64,000 bases of DNA, from the NCBI RefSeq assembly GCF_006345805.1, contig NC_042997.1:167648001-167712000 (forward strand), read 5' to 3'. The notes under the pieces are model-generated. The model had not been told where the DNA came from, made no database searches, and saw nothing but the letters and a program-made list of their open reading frames with translations. This document shows positions 25,560 through 37,261 of the stretch, one piece after another. The translations under genes were made by a program, and so were the position numbers. How positions within the stretch are numbered: the first letter of the stretch is position 1; every line of letters starts with the position of its first letter. The stretch comes from Octopus sinensis (Eukaryota).

Positions 25560-26527
25560 AAAGTTCACCGTTAAAATGTCACGACAAGTCAGAGTACTTT
25601 CTTGCCAACCTTTGAAAACCTCTCTCACTACTTCACTTTCCCTTCTTCATGCTGGAGCCATCCTAAGTGCACCTGGTGGTGTCCTCAGCAGATTCATTTG
25701 CATGCAAATGTTTACTTTGCAGCATTTGTTTGCCGACTTATATTGGATCTTTTGCATTGAGGCATGGTGGAAAATTATCAGTTTACGCAATAGAAAAAGT
25801 CCTAAGGAAAAAGTGGTGAATGTGTAGCACTCAAAAAATAGTAAAATGTAATAGGCAAAAATGTTTATCAAACAGATTGAATTAAGGATTTTTAATTTTG
25901 GTTAAGAGTTTTAAAATGGCTAGTTTAAGTTGGAATAATTATATAAAAAAAGAGCGCTCACATGAAAACAGAGGCAAATCGTAACTTGCAAATGAATACA
26001 GCTGGCAGTATTGTTCAAGCACTTGATAAGAGGTCAACATAGCTGACACAGTAAAAACTTGATTTTTTCCAGTTGGGTGTGTCCCCCATTTTTTTGCTGG
26101 CTCAAGCCAAATCCTAGGCGAATTGAGAGTAGTCTATTTGTGTCGGGAGCGTGGAATTTCAAGGAAAAAATTATAAGAGAAAGTGTCCTGAGTCAAAAAT
26201 AGCACACATGTCAAATTTGGTGAAATTCAGTTGGAAATTGTAGGAGTAGAAGTTATTCACACAACACACAGACAACTTGCCTTTTAATATATAAGATCAA
26301 ATATGTACCATTGCACAGACGTGGTGGGTTCAAATCCTAGGCAAATTGAGAGTAGTCTATTTATGTTGGGGGCATGGAGTTTCAAGGAAAAAATTATAAG
26401 AAAAAGCGTCCTAAGTCAAAGAGAGTACGCATGTCAAATTTGCTGAAATTCAGCTGAAAATTGTAGGAGTAGAAGTGGTTCACACAGCACACACACAGAC
26501 AGACAACTTGCCTTTTAATATATAAGA
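25560..26527 (-). mobile_element. Decayed Helitron 5' portion with a tandemly duplicated 5' terminus
   Basis: Two A|TCttatatattaaaaggcaagttgtctg ends at 26296 and 26527; downstream MPQCKRSNISRQTNAAK*..HLHANESAED resembles a RepHel N-terminus (recalled, not searched). Confidence 0.55.
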
Positions 26528-26808
26528 TATATATAAACAAGTGAAGATGAGATTGTGGGTTCAATTCCCAGACTGGTATTGCATTGTGTTCTTGAGCAAA
26601 GCACTTCATTTCATGTTGCTCTGCAATCATTTCAACATCTGACATGTGGCACCCGTTGCACTTGCAAAGGTAATGTTGATCTGACAGAGGGAGTGAGCTT
26701 ATGTCTACACAAACATTCGATCACTATAAACAAATCATTTGTGTGGTTGTTCAGTAAAGAATTGTTGAACCCTCATACATCGTCAAATTTTAGGAGAGCC
26801 CATCATAT

Positions 26809-27070
26809 ATCATCATCATCGTCATTTAATGTCCGCTTTCCATGCTAGCATGAGTTGGACAATTTGACTGAGGACTGGCGAACCAGATGGCTGCACTGGG
26901 CACCAATCTTGATCTGGCAGAGTTTCTACAGCTGGATGCCCTTCCTAACACCAACCACTCCGAGAGTGTAGTGGGTGCTTTTACATGCCACCGGCACGAG
27001 GGTCAGGCAGGCGGTACTGGCAACGGCCACGAAAAAATCATGTTTTTTTACATGCCACCTGCACACCAGC
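26809..27070 (-). mobile_element. RTE-associated 3' module copy (variant subfamily)
   Basis: (CAT)n plus conserved body. Confidence 0.8.
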
Positions 27071-28415
27071 ATAAGTGCCAGCACATTCATATTAATCTTC
27101 AATTAATCGTGATTTATTTTGTAGCTTTGAGATTCTGATGATGTGCTTGTTTATTTGTAGAATGATATTGTAGGGTAGATGCGAGAGATCACATCTGTCC
27201 TATTTGAACATAAAACAGGTAGAATATTTTGGCCACATATGGCTGGTTTAAATGCTAAAGAGTTAAGATGATAAAGTATGATTTAACAGAGAAATTTTGT
27301 GTCTATTTTCAGCAGACTAAGAGACCACATAGAGGCTTCTTCATTGGACACATATGTTACATGTGGTCTTAACAGTAGCCATGAATTGTAATCCCTTAAG
27401 CTCTGTTGTTGTTGTTTATCACTAGATCAGCCTCAGCTGAGCAGATCTATGATCAAAGATATCTCATGTATGATCATTCCATCTTTAATTTATTTGTATC
27501 TGGAAATATGAAATACAATGTGGCCTTTCCTTTCTTCCACAAAGTGATTCGAATATTTGGTAACTATGTCTAGCAGGTCAATAGCCTCACGGAGTTCCTC
27601 ATAGTCTACTGCTGTTATTGTCAATGTTGGCAGAGGTAGTTGGCTACAATATTAGAGGTAGTGGTAGTAATGTTATTGTAAACTAAAAATGTTTGGTGGC
27701 TGATTGATGCAACTGAGTTCACAGTCATAATGTATCTGCCTTAACCAAACATGTTTTCCAGGTGGATAGGGTGGGGTGAAACTGCTAGAAGTAAATGGGT
27801 CAGTCTTTATTCATGTAGTATTATAAACACATAAACTATAAATGGAAACATTTACTTTTCAAAATCATCTGTTGCTTTGCATGTAGTAGGGGAGGTATGT
27901 GAGATAGATAAAGAGACAGAGAGAGAGAGAGAAAGAGAGAGAGGGGGGATGTATGTATGTGTGTGTGTATGAGTGCACTTGCAAGGCTGTGTTACTGACA
28001 AACAGTAGGGCAATGATGACCCAACAAGATTCAGGCTTGCCCTCATTGGCTATACATATGTTTGATTGCTTCAGTGTATAAAAGCAGAGTGGTTATTGAA
28101 TCTATTCCCTTCAACAGAAATATGGTAAGCCAGTTCAGAGCCTGTGATTGAACCTCTACATGAAATGGTAGCTAACCACATCATAATGCGTTTGAAAACA
28201 AAAATATATTGGATAATGGGTTTCTGGGTGTACTGAGTCAAGGTGGAAGATGAGATGTTCACATCTGAAATACTTTTTGAAATAGTTTGATTTAGAGCTG
28301 ACTCGGAGTTAAGCATCATCAATGACCTAAGACTTCTGCCCCACCATACAGCTATGAATTAGAAGTTGGACAAACAATATACATCAATATACATCAAATG
28401 TATAAACAATATACA

Positions 28416-28602
28416 TCCTGTGCCGGTGGCACGTAAAAAGCACCTACTACACTCACGGAGTGGTTGGCGTTAGGAAGGGCATCCAGCCGTAGAAACATTG
28501 CCAGATCAGACTGGGCTTGGTGCAGCCTTCTGGCTTCCCAGACCCTAGTTGAACCGTCCAACCCATGCTATCATGGAAAGCGGATGCTAAACGATGATGA
28601 TG
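28416..28602 (+). mobile_element. RTE-associated 3' module copy (1 array unit)
   Basis: gtgccggtggcacgtaaaaagcacc plus body and (GAT)n. Confidence 0.85.
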
Positions 28603-29404
28603 GAGAGGCTTGCATACTTGTTAGAACTGCCAGAAATAGAAGCAAACAAAAAAAAAAAAAAGAAAAAAAAAAAACGATAGCCACAGCAGAAGAGTGTTTG
28701 GCCAAAGTTCTACATGTTCACTTCACAGCTGATTAATGGTTAAACAATAATAGCAACGGTTGCTACCAATGACAGCAGCAGCAGTGCAGTGGTGACAGCA
28801 GCATCTTCACCATCTCTGCCGCTATCATGGAAAATGATCTAAAGAACAATTTATCATGATTGCAGAAATACTTGTCTATTTGTTGCTTGCTTTAAGAGTC
28901 GCTTAGAAATAGATGATGTACAGACACTATAAAATCTACACTTTGCAACTAATACTATGAAAAAAAGAAAAACCAAATGGTTTGGTTGAATGCTAGCCAC
29001 TGCAATTAAATGATGATAATTAGACTGAATAGACTTGAAACGGTTTTGACTATATTTTGGCCAATATGTATGTGTGTGTGTGCTACATATGTATATCTAT
29101 ATAATAAATATGTATATCTATCTTCATTCGTCTAAAATCAAACTTCGTATCTTCGCGGTGCACCCACCCTGCCCACCCCCACCATCAATACCGGATATCT
29201 CTATATTTTGCTCCATCTATACCGGATGTCGCTTCTCCCACCACCATTATAGGTGTCTACTCTTCGAACCCCCTCTTCAATACGCTATTTCACCATGCAT
29301 TACCCCTCTCTCGATATCCTACGTTCTACTTGCCTAGAACCTGTCATCATTTCTCTGAACCACCCCTCCCCACTGGTGCTCCCCTATATTTCTGCACCCC
29401 CCCC

Positions 29405-29653
29405 CATAAAAAGCACCATCCGAACGTGGCCGATGCAGACCCCTCTGGCACCTGTGCAGGTGGCACGTAAAAACACCCACTACACTCGCGGAGTGGTTGG
29501 CGTTAGGAAGGGCATCCAGCTGTAGAAACACTGCCAGACTAGACTGGAGCCTGGGGCAGTCCCGAGCTCCCCAGACCCCGGTCGAAACCGTCCAACCCGT
29601 GCTAGCGCGGAAAACGGACGTTAAACGATGATGATGATGATGATGATGATGAT
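29405..29653 (+). mobile_element. RTE-associated 3' module copy
   Basis: Body plus long (GAT)n tail. Confidence 0.85.
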
Positions 29654-29756
29654 GTATATACATATACGTGTAATGATAAGTGCCAATACATGAAACTCTC
29701 GGACCTTGAGTCACTCTGTTACTTCTGCTAATTATCAATATATATATATATATACA

Positions 29757-30148
29757 TACTCTTTTACTTGTTTCAGTCATTTGACTGCGGCCATGCTGGA
29801 GCACCACCTTTAATCGAGCAACTCGACCCCAGGACTTATTCTTTGTAAGCCCAGTACTTATTCTATCGGTCTCTTTTGCCGAACCGCTAAGTGACGGGGA
29901 CATAAACAAACCAGTATTGGTTGTCAAGCAATGCTAGGGGAACAAACACAGACACACAAGCACATATTTATATATACATATATACGACGGGCTTCTTTCA
30001 GTTTCCGTCTACCAAATCCACTCACAAGGCTTTGGTCGGCCCGAGGCTACAGTAGAAGACACTTGCCCAAGGTGCCATGCAGTTGTACTGAAACTGGAAC
30101 CATGTGGTTGGTAAGCAAGCTACTTACCACACAGCCACTCCTGTGCCT
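29757..30148 (-). mobile_element. tRNA-derived SINE, full length; an older copy follows at ~30170-30550
   Basis: Reverse complement of 30592-30952. Confidence 0.85.
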
Positions 30149-30591
30149 ATATATATCTTTTATCATTTATCTTTTACTTGTTTAAAATAGTAGACTGTGG
30201 CCATGCTGGGGCACCGTCTTGAAGAATTTTTAGTCAAATGAATCAACCCCAGTACTTTTTGTTTTTAAGCCTGGTACTTTATTGTTCTCTTCTGTCAAAC
30301 TGCTAAGTTACAGGGACATAAACGCACTAACACCAGTTGTCAAGCAGTAGAGCAGAGGGGACAAACACAAACACAAAGACACACATATATATACACAATA
30401 AGCTTCTTTTATATTCTGTCTACCAAGTTCATTCACGAGGCTTTGGTCAGCTGAAGGCAATAGAAAACACTTGCTCAAAGTGCCACAGTGGGACTGAACC
30501 CAAGACCATGTGATTGGGAAGCAAACTTCTTACCACACAACTACGTTTGCATCTATATATAAAACAATACATATATTATATATATATAATA

Positions 30592-30952
30592 TAGGCGCAG
30601 GAGTGGCTGTGTGGTAAGTAGCTTGCTTACCAACCACATGGTTCTGGGTTCAATCTCACTGTGTGGCACTTTGGGCAAGTGTCTTCTACTATAGCCTCGG
30701 GCCGACCAAAGCCTTGTGAATGGATTTGGTAGACAGAAACTGAAAGAAGCCCATCGTATATATGTGTGTGTGTGTTTGTCCACCCAACATCGCTTGACAA
30801 CCAGTGCTGGTGTGTTTACGTCCCCATAACTTAGCGGTTCGGCAAAGAGACCGATAGAATAAGTACTAGGCTTACGTCCTGGGGTCGATTTGCTCGACTA
30901 AAGGCAGTGCTCTAGCATGGCCACAGTCAAAGGACTGAAACAAGTAAAAGAG
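30592..30952 (+). mobile_element. tRNA-derived SINE, full length (resembles octopus OK/OR-type SINEs)
   Basis: A-box tggctgtgtgg, B-box ggttcaatctc, CORE-like ttgggcaagt, internal (TA/TG)n, tail gactgaaacaagtaaaagagta. Confidence 0.85.
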
Positions 30953-31007
30953 TATATATATATATATCATCATCATCATCATCACTTAGCGTCCATTTGT
31001 CCATGCT

Positions 31008-33374
31008 CAGAAATCTTATAAAATACTCTTCTTTTGCTTTCCGGAGAAGATCATTCTCTTCATTTATTTTATGAAGATGGAAAAGTGTAAATTTTCCTTG
31101 TGCACAGGTGTCCAAATGATTGTTACATGCTATGCATCTAAGTGCAGAATGTTTTATTTGATGTCTGTGCCCATTTATCCGGTTGGTTAGTTTCATTTTT
31201 GTTTCCCTAATATAATGTTCGTTGCATCGTGGGCATGTGATACAATATATCAGGTTTTTGCTTTTACAGTTCATATTTGCATTCACCTTTAATTTTTTTC
31301 CATTCTTGAATTTTTTGGCTGGTCCCTGTTCTATTAAATCACATGTCCCACATCGGGGGTCTCCACATTTGGTAACTTGCATTATTTCTTCCTCTGATGC
31401 AAATCTTGCTTTCGTTAGAAATTTCTTAGGATTTGGTGGTTGCCTTCAGCTGTTGATTATTTGTCGGAGACATAGGGATTGGTGTAGAACAGGTAGAAGG
31501 CATTTGGCTGTTTGTAGAATATTGTGGTTCCTGGGATTGTGGGTGATAACAAATGGGATATTTTTATGTTCATTTTTCCATTTATCCTCAGTATTAGTGT
31601 TATTTCTTCTTAGTATAGAAATTGGGATGTTTTTAGCTTCAGCTATTGCTTGGTCTATTAGTATGGTAGGGTATTTTTGTTTTTTAAGGAAAAAGTTTAG
31701 CTCTGCAAGTCGTCTTTCTCTTCTATTTGTCTCCGAAACTACTGTACATATTCGTCTGGCCATATTAAAGGGTATGTTCCTTTTTGCAAGGGAAGGATGG
31801 CAAGATCTGAAGTCTAAATATTGGTGTGTGTCTGTGCTTTTATAATAGAGGTCAGTTGTTATAATCTAATTCTCTTTAATTATTAAGATATCTAGGAAGG
31901 GGAGTTCATTTTCAATCAATAGTAGATTTTTTTTCCCAAATAACACACACACACACATATATATACATACACATACATATTTATATACATATATACACAC
32001 ATAAAGCAAAAAGCAAACATTGAATGATGATGATGAATATTGATAATATATAGAATAAAAATATATACATCTATATGTTATATTTGTGTGAGTGTGTGTG
32101 TATATCATCATCATCATCATTTAGCGTCCGTTTTCCATGCTAGCATGGGTTGGACGGCTCAACTGGGGTCTGTGAAGCTGGAAGGCTTCATCAGGCCCAG
32201 TCAGATCTGGCAGTGTTTCTACGGCTGGATGCCCTTCCTAACGCCAACCACTCTGTGAGTGTAGTGGGTGCTTTTTACGTGCCACCCACTATATATACAT
32301 ATACATATATACACATACATATATATATACACATAAATATACATATATATATATACATACATATATATATATATATATACGCATATATATATATATACAC
32401 ACACATGGACTGATCCATGAATACTGTTTATTATTTCAAAAATTTTTTAAGGTCTTTCTTACTTTTGTTCCAGAATATAAAGCAGTCATCCAAGTATCTT
32501 TTCCCAGTTTCCCACTAGGTATGAGTGGAAGTTTTGGCCAAAAGAAATCTGAGATAAGCAGTAGATTTTTTTTTCCAAATAACCCATTACTAGTGTGGCA
32601 AGTGCAGGTGCTACCCTGGTACCCATTGCAGTTCCATGTATTTGGAGGTAGCATAGGTTGTCAAAAAAGAAGTAGCAGTAGCCCTTCAAGTATGAACTCC
32701 TTGGAGAATCTTTCTTGAATCCCTTGTGGGTGTTTGTGTATCCAGAACTCTACTGATTCTCATCCTAGGTTATGGGGGACATTGTTGTAGAAGGTGACTA
32801 CATCAAACCTGACTAACATGGTTTCTTTGTTCACTCTTTTTGGAATGTGGTTTAGAAAATCCATATCATCTCTAATAAAACTAAGGATCAATTTACATAA
32901 GGGTTTTAGAATTGTGTCAAGCAAGTAGCTTAGTCTTTGTGTGCTTGATGCTGGTCCTGCTACAATTGGTCTTAATTTAAGATCAGATGGTCTGGGAATC
33001 TTTATATAGGGAGCCCGGATGTCCTTCAAACAGTTCTTGATTTCTTTAGATTTGTGGATTTATGGAAGACCATAGAAGTTACTGGTTTTTGCTACAAATT
33101 TAGTAAGGTAATCTAACTCCTTTTTTCTAAGTGCATTTTTATATGTGTTTGCAAGTTTACTAATCTTATTTAATGTATATATATCTAGATTATTTCCTAA
33201 TTTTTTGTAGTGTTGGTCATTTACATGATGAAGGAGCAGTTCTCTATAATGGAGTTTCTCCATTATGACAATCGCTCTTCCTTTGTCTGCTTCCTTAATA
33301 ATTATTGAATGACGTTTTTGTAAAGATTCCAAAGCTTCTTTTTCTTCATGTGTAATATTTGATTATGCATGGCC
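31008..33374 (-). mobile_element. Penelope-like element: RT and GIY-YIG endonuclease pseudogene, interrupted at ~31944-32408
   Basis: IIIKEADKGRAIVIM, FYGLP, LRPIVAG, FDVVTFYNNVP, GTAMGT, LPFLDILI, IPFVITHNP; GIY-YIG part CKSKNLIYCITCPRCNEHYIRET. Confidence 0.92.
32104..32288 (-). mobile_element. RTE-associated 3' module copy inside the Penelope element
   Basis: (CAT)n plus conserved body. Confidence 0.8.
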
Positions 33375-34749
33375 TATATATCTATATCTATCTATCTATA
33401 TATATATATATAACAATTGCCCCTCCTTTGTCCACTTCTTTAATAATTATTGAATGACCTTTTTGTAAAGATTCCAAAGCTTCTTTTTCTTCATGTGTAA
33501 TATTTGATTTTGCATGGCCTATATATATATATATATATATATATCATCATCATCATCGTCGTTTAACGTCCGCTTTCCATGCTAGCATGGGTTGGATGGT
33601 TCAACTGGGGTCTGGGAAGCCAGAAGGTTGCACCAGGCCCAGTCTGATCTGGCAGTGTTTCTACAGCTGGATGCCCTTCCTAACACCAACCACTTCGTGA
33701 GTGTAGTGGGTGCTTTTTACGTGCCAGACGAGGCTGGCAAACGGCCACGATCGGATGGTGCTTTTTACGTGCCACCGGCACGGAGACCAGACGAAGCTGG
33801 CAACGGCCACGGTCGGATGGTGCTTTTTACGTGCCACCGGCACGGAAGCCAGTCAGGGCGGCGCTGGCTACGGCCATGTTCAGATGGTTCTCTTACGTGC
33901 CACCGGCACTGGTATCACAGCTACAAATTCCACTGATGTTGATAGATTACGATTTTGATTTTCACATGCTTCAACAGGTCTTCACAAGTGGAGTTTTGTG
34001 TCCCAAAAAGGAAAGGAACGCATAAGTGGGCTGGCTACATCCCAGGTAGAGGCCACGGGCTTATGGCTTCACCTGTCCTGCCGGGTCTTCTCACGCATGG
34101 CATACTTCCAATGGTCTCGGTCTCGAGTCATTTCCTCGGTGAGACCTAAAGTTCGAAGGTCGTGCTTCACCACCTCGTCCCAGGTTTTCCTGGGTCTACC
34201 TCTTCCACAGGTTCCCTCAACCGCTAGGGTGTGGCACTTTTTCACACAACTATCTTCATCCATTCTCGTCACATGACCATACCAGCGCAAACGTCTCTCT
34301 TGCACACCACAACTGATGCTTCTTAGGTTCAACTTTTCTCTCAAAGTATTTAAACACTGACATTACACATCCATCGGAGCATACTGGCTTCATTTCTTGC
34401 GAGCTTACATATATCCTCAGCAGTCACGGCCCATGTTTCACTGCCATGTAGCATGGCTGTTCATACACATGTGTCATACAATCTGCCTTTTACTCTGAGT
34501 GAGAGGCCTTTTGTCACCAGCAGAGGTAAGAGCTCTCTGAACTTTGCCCAGGCTATTCTTACTCTAGCAGTTACTCTTTCAGCACACCCGCCCCTGCTAC
34601 TGACTTGGTCACCTAGGTATGTATATATGTATATATATATATATGACAATTGCCCCTCCTTTATCCGCTTCTTTAATAATTATTGAGTGATCATTTTGTA
34701 AAGATTCCAAAGCTTCTTTTCCTTCATGCGTAATATTTGATTTTTGCAT

Positions 34750-34828
<79 letters not shown>

Positions 34829-34935
34829 CAATTGCCCTTCCTTTATCCGCTTCTTTAATAGTTATTGAGTGACCTTTTTGTAAAGATTCCAAAGCTTCTT
34901 TTTCTTCATGTGTAATATTTGATTTTTGCATGGCC
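33265..34935 (-). repeat. Four copies of a ~110-bp Penelope segment separated by (TA)n
   Basis: Copies at 33265-33374, 33411-33519, 34643-34752 and 34825-34935 (MQKSNITHEEKEALESLQK..IKEADKGRAIV). Confidence 0.9.
33544..34619 (-). mobile_element. 5'-truncated RTE LINE with 3' array module (same family as 10349-11199)
   Basis: YLGDQVSSRGGCAERVTARVRIAWAKFRELLPLL; RRLRWYGHVTRM; RGRGRPRKTW-type motif; then the module and (GAT)n. Confidence 0.92.
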
Positions 34936-35152
34936 TATATATATATATATATAATAATAATTTGAGGGAATATTATTCCTAACTTACAGGGAAAAATTCA
35001 ATTTAGAAATACTAAACCAAATTTCATAAAATATAATATATATATATAAATTAGAAAAAACCACCTTTTATCAATTCAAAATGAAAAAAAGTGTGTGAAA
35101 TCGATGTTAATTAAATTACTATCTAATTTTTCACCCTCATTTTAAATATATG

Positions 35153-35201
<49 letters not shown>

Positions 35202-35237
35202 GCACAGATTCTATTTTATTTTGTTTAGTCAGCTAAA

Positions 35238-35450
35238 GACAGCAAGCTGGCAGAACTGTCAGCATGCCAGGTAAAATGCTTAGCAGCATTTCATCCATCT
35301 TTAGGTTCTGAGTTTGAATTCCACCAAGGTCGACTTTGTCTTTCATCCTTTTGGGGTCAATAAAATAAGTACCAGTTGAGCATTGGGGTCGATGCAATCA
35401 ATTTATCCCCACCACAAAAGTTGCTGGCTTTGTGCCTAAATGTGAAACTG
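35238..35450 (+). mobile_element. Second SINE family copy
   Basis: gcaagctggcagaac head; gtcgactttgtctttcatccttttggggtcaataaaataagtaccag. Confidence 0.75.
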
Positions 35451-36365
35451 TTATTATTAGTCAGTGCCTGCATGCACACACACACACACAATTATGTACA
35501 ACACAAATGTAGAAACACACATTTACCTATATGGTGCTGGTGGGAATGTAGGAATTTATGTCAAGAGACAGGTGGCAGCAGTGGTGGGCTTGTATGTCCT
35601 ATAAAGTACAGGTTATCTCTTATGTCCTATAAAGTACAGGTTATCTTTCTATAACTTCTATTTGTGGTAACAATGCATCATGTAGCTGTGTCAATAAAAT
35701 TTCTATTTCTGTATTGTTCAGCAGGCTCTCATGTCTATCATTAACCTATTGATAAAGTATCGATGTACATTTCTTATCTCTATAACTCTCCTCGTGTCCT
35801 TCCATCATTTCAGCTAAACTGTGAGCTGTTTCACCAATAAAGATTTGGTAGAGTTTCTGCATTTGTCCTCCATGAAGTTTATCTGATATACTACATTCTT
35901 AGCTTTGCATTTTATCTTAGGGTTCATATTACTATACAATTGCTATTGGTACAGGTGGTGCTATTCATGCACACACATATAAATTGAATCTATCTGATCT
36001 ATTCCTCTTTCTGGTTCTTAGAATTTCTCCTATACAGCCCATGTAATGAGTAACAGTATTGAACCTTTGTATTCTAACCCCACCTATCACTTTACCTCTT
36101 TTTCCCATTAGGATACCTATGTATACAAGACTGTATCAGATCTACTCATATAAGATACACATCAGCATCACTTTTTCAGTGTTGGCAGCCATTCATTTGT
36201 TGATATCCATTACACACGTCCATCTCTATTAACATCAATCATTTGAACTTTGTCACAGTAGCAATAATATAGCTGCTCTTGTTTTTCTTTCAATACTCCT
36301 ATCATTCCCTTCTCAACTACCCTTTCAATCAGCTCATTGCCTTTTTATCATCCACTACCTTTCTT

Positions 36366-36643
36366 AAGCAGATAAGGCCGAAAATGTCGCTAGAAGCTGG
36401 CGTAGATTGGCATATTTCGGTCATATTATGCGGAGAGAATCCCTGGAGAAGGACATCATGCTCGGAATGGTCAGTGGCAAGAGAGGAAGAGGCCGACCAA
36501 GAACCTGCTGGCTTGACACCATCAAGAGTGATACCGGAATGGACATGACCAATCTGAAGGAAGCGGCCCAGGATAGAACTGACTGGAGAACACTGATCCA
36601 ACGAGTGACCGAGAGTTGACTTTGACTGAGCGGATAGAGAGAG
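36366..36643 (+). mobile_element. RTE (BovB-like) 3' fragment
   Basis: AYFGHIMRRESLEKDIMLGMVSGKRGRGRP; 9-bp TSD acctttctt at 36357-36365 and 36644-36652. Confidence 0.88.
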
Positions 36644-37261
36644 ACCTTTCTTCTATTATAATTTTGCCTCCTTCACACAGTCACCCTGGATCTTCTATCA
36701 CTGTTCTCTCTTCTCTTCATGTGCTCTTGGGTTTAATGTTTCGAACAGAGATAATGGTAGAGTAATGAGAATTCTTTACTCATGCAGGAAACTTTCTTCC
36801 ACGTGTATAGAATGTGGTCAACCTTTTAACTTTCTCGAGGCACTCCTCTATTTTTTCTGTTGCGGCGACCTCTATCTTGTTCGAGGACATACACAACGTC
36901 CTGTATATTACCGTCCTCTTCGCTACGCTGTTCATCGGTTCTTCTGGAGGAGTCAGCTTTAGACTAGCTCCCTCTTTTTTTTACTAATTTGTTTCCTTCC
37001 CTCCACTTTCTTGTGTCAATTTCTATTTCCTGTACTTCCAAGGTGTTGGCATTTATTCCTTGGGTTGTTGCCACTGCATAACTTCGTCTATTCTCCACTT
37101 CTTCCATAGATGGACAATATACAGATGCAAACAAAACAGTGACTAAAATTCAACAAATCTTGGTTCACCCATGCGGGGAGACCTACAACAAACATACAAT
37201 ATCAATGTGTAATGATTTGAACTCATGTTGAACAAATCACTACCAACACCCATGAGTGGGA

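Noticed and set aside
30592-30675. tRNA gene
   Set aside because: The A/B boxes belong to a SINE head continuous with the SINE body.
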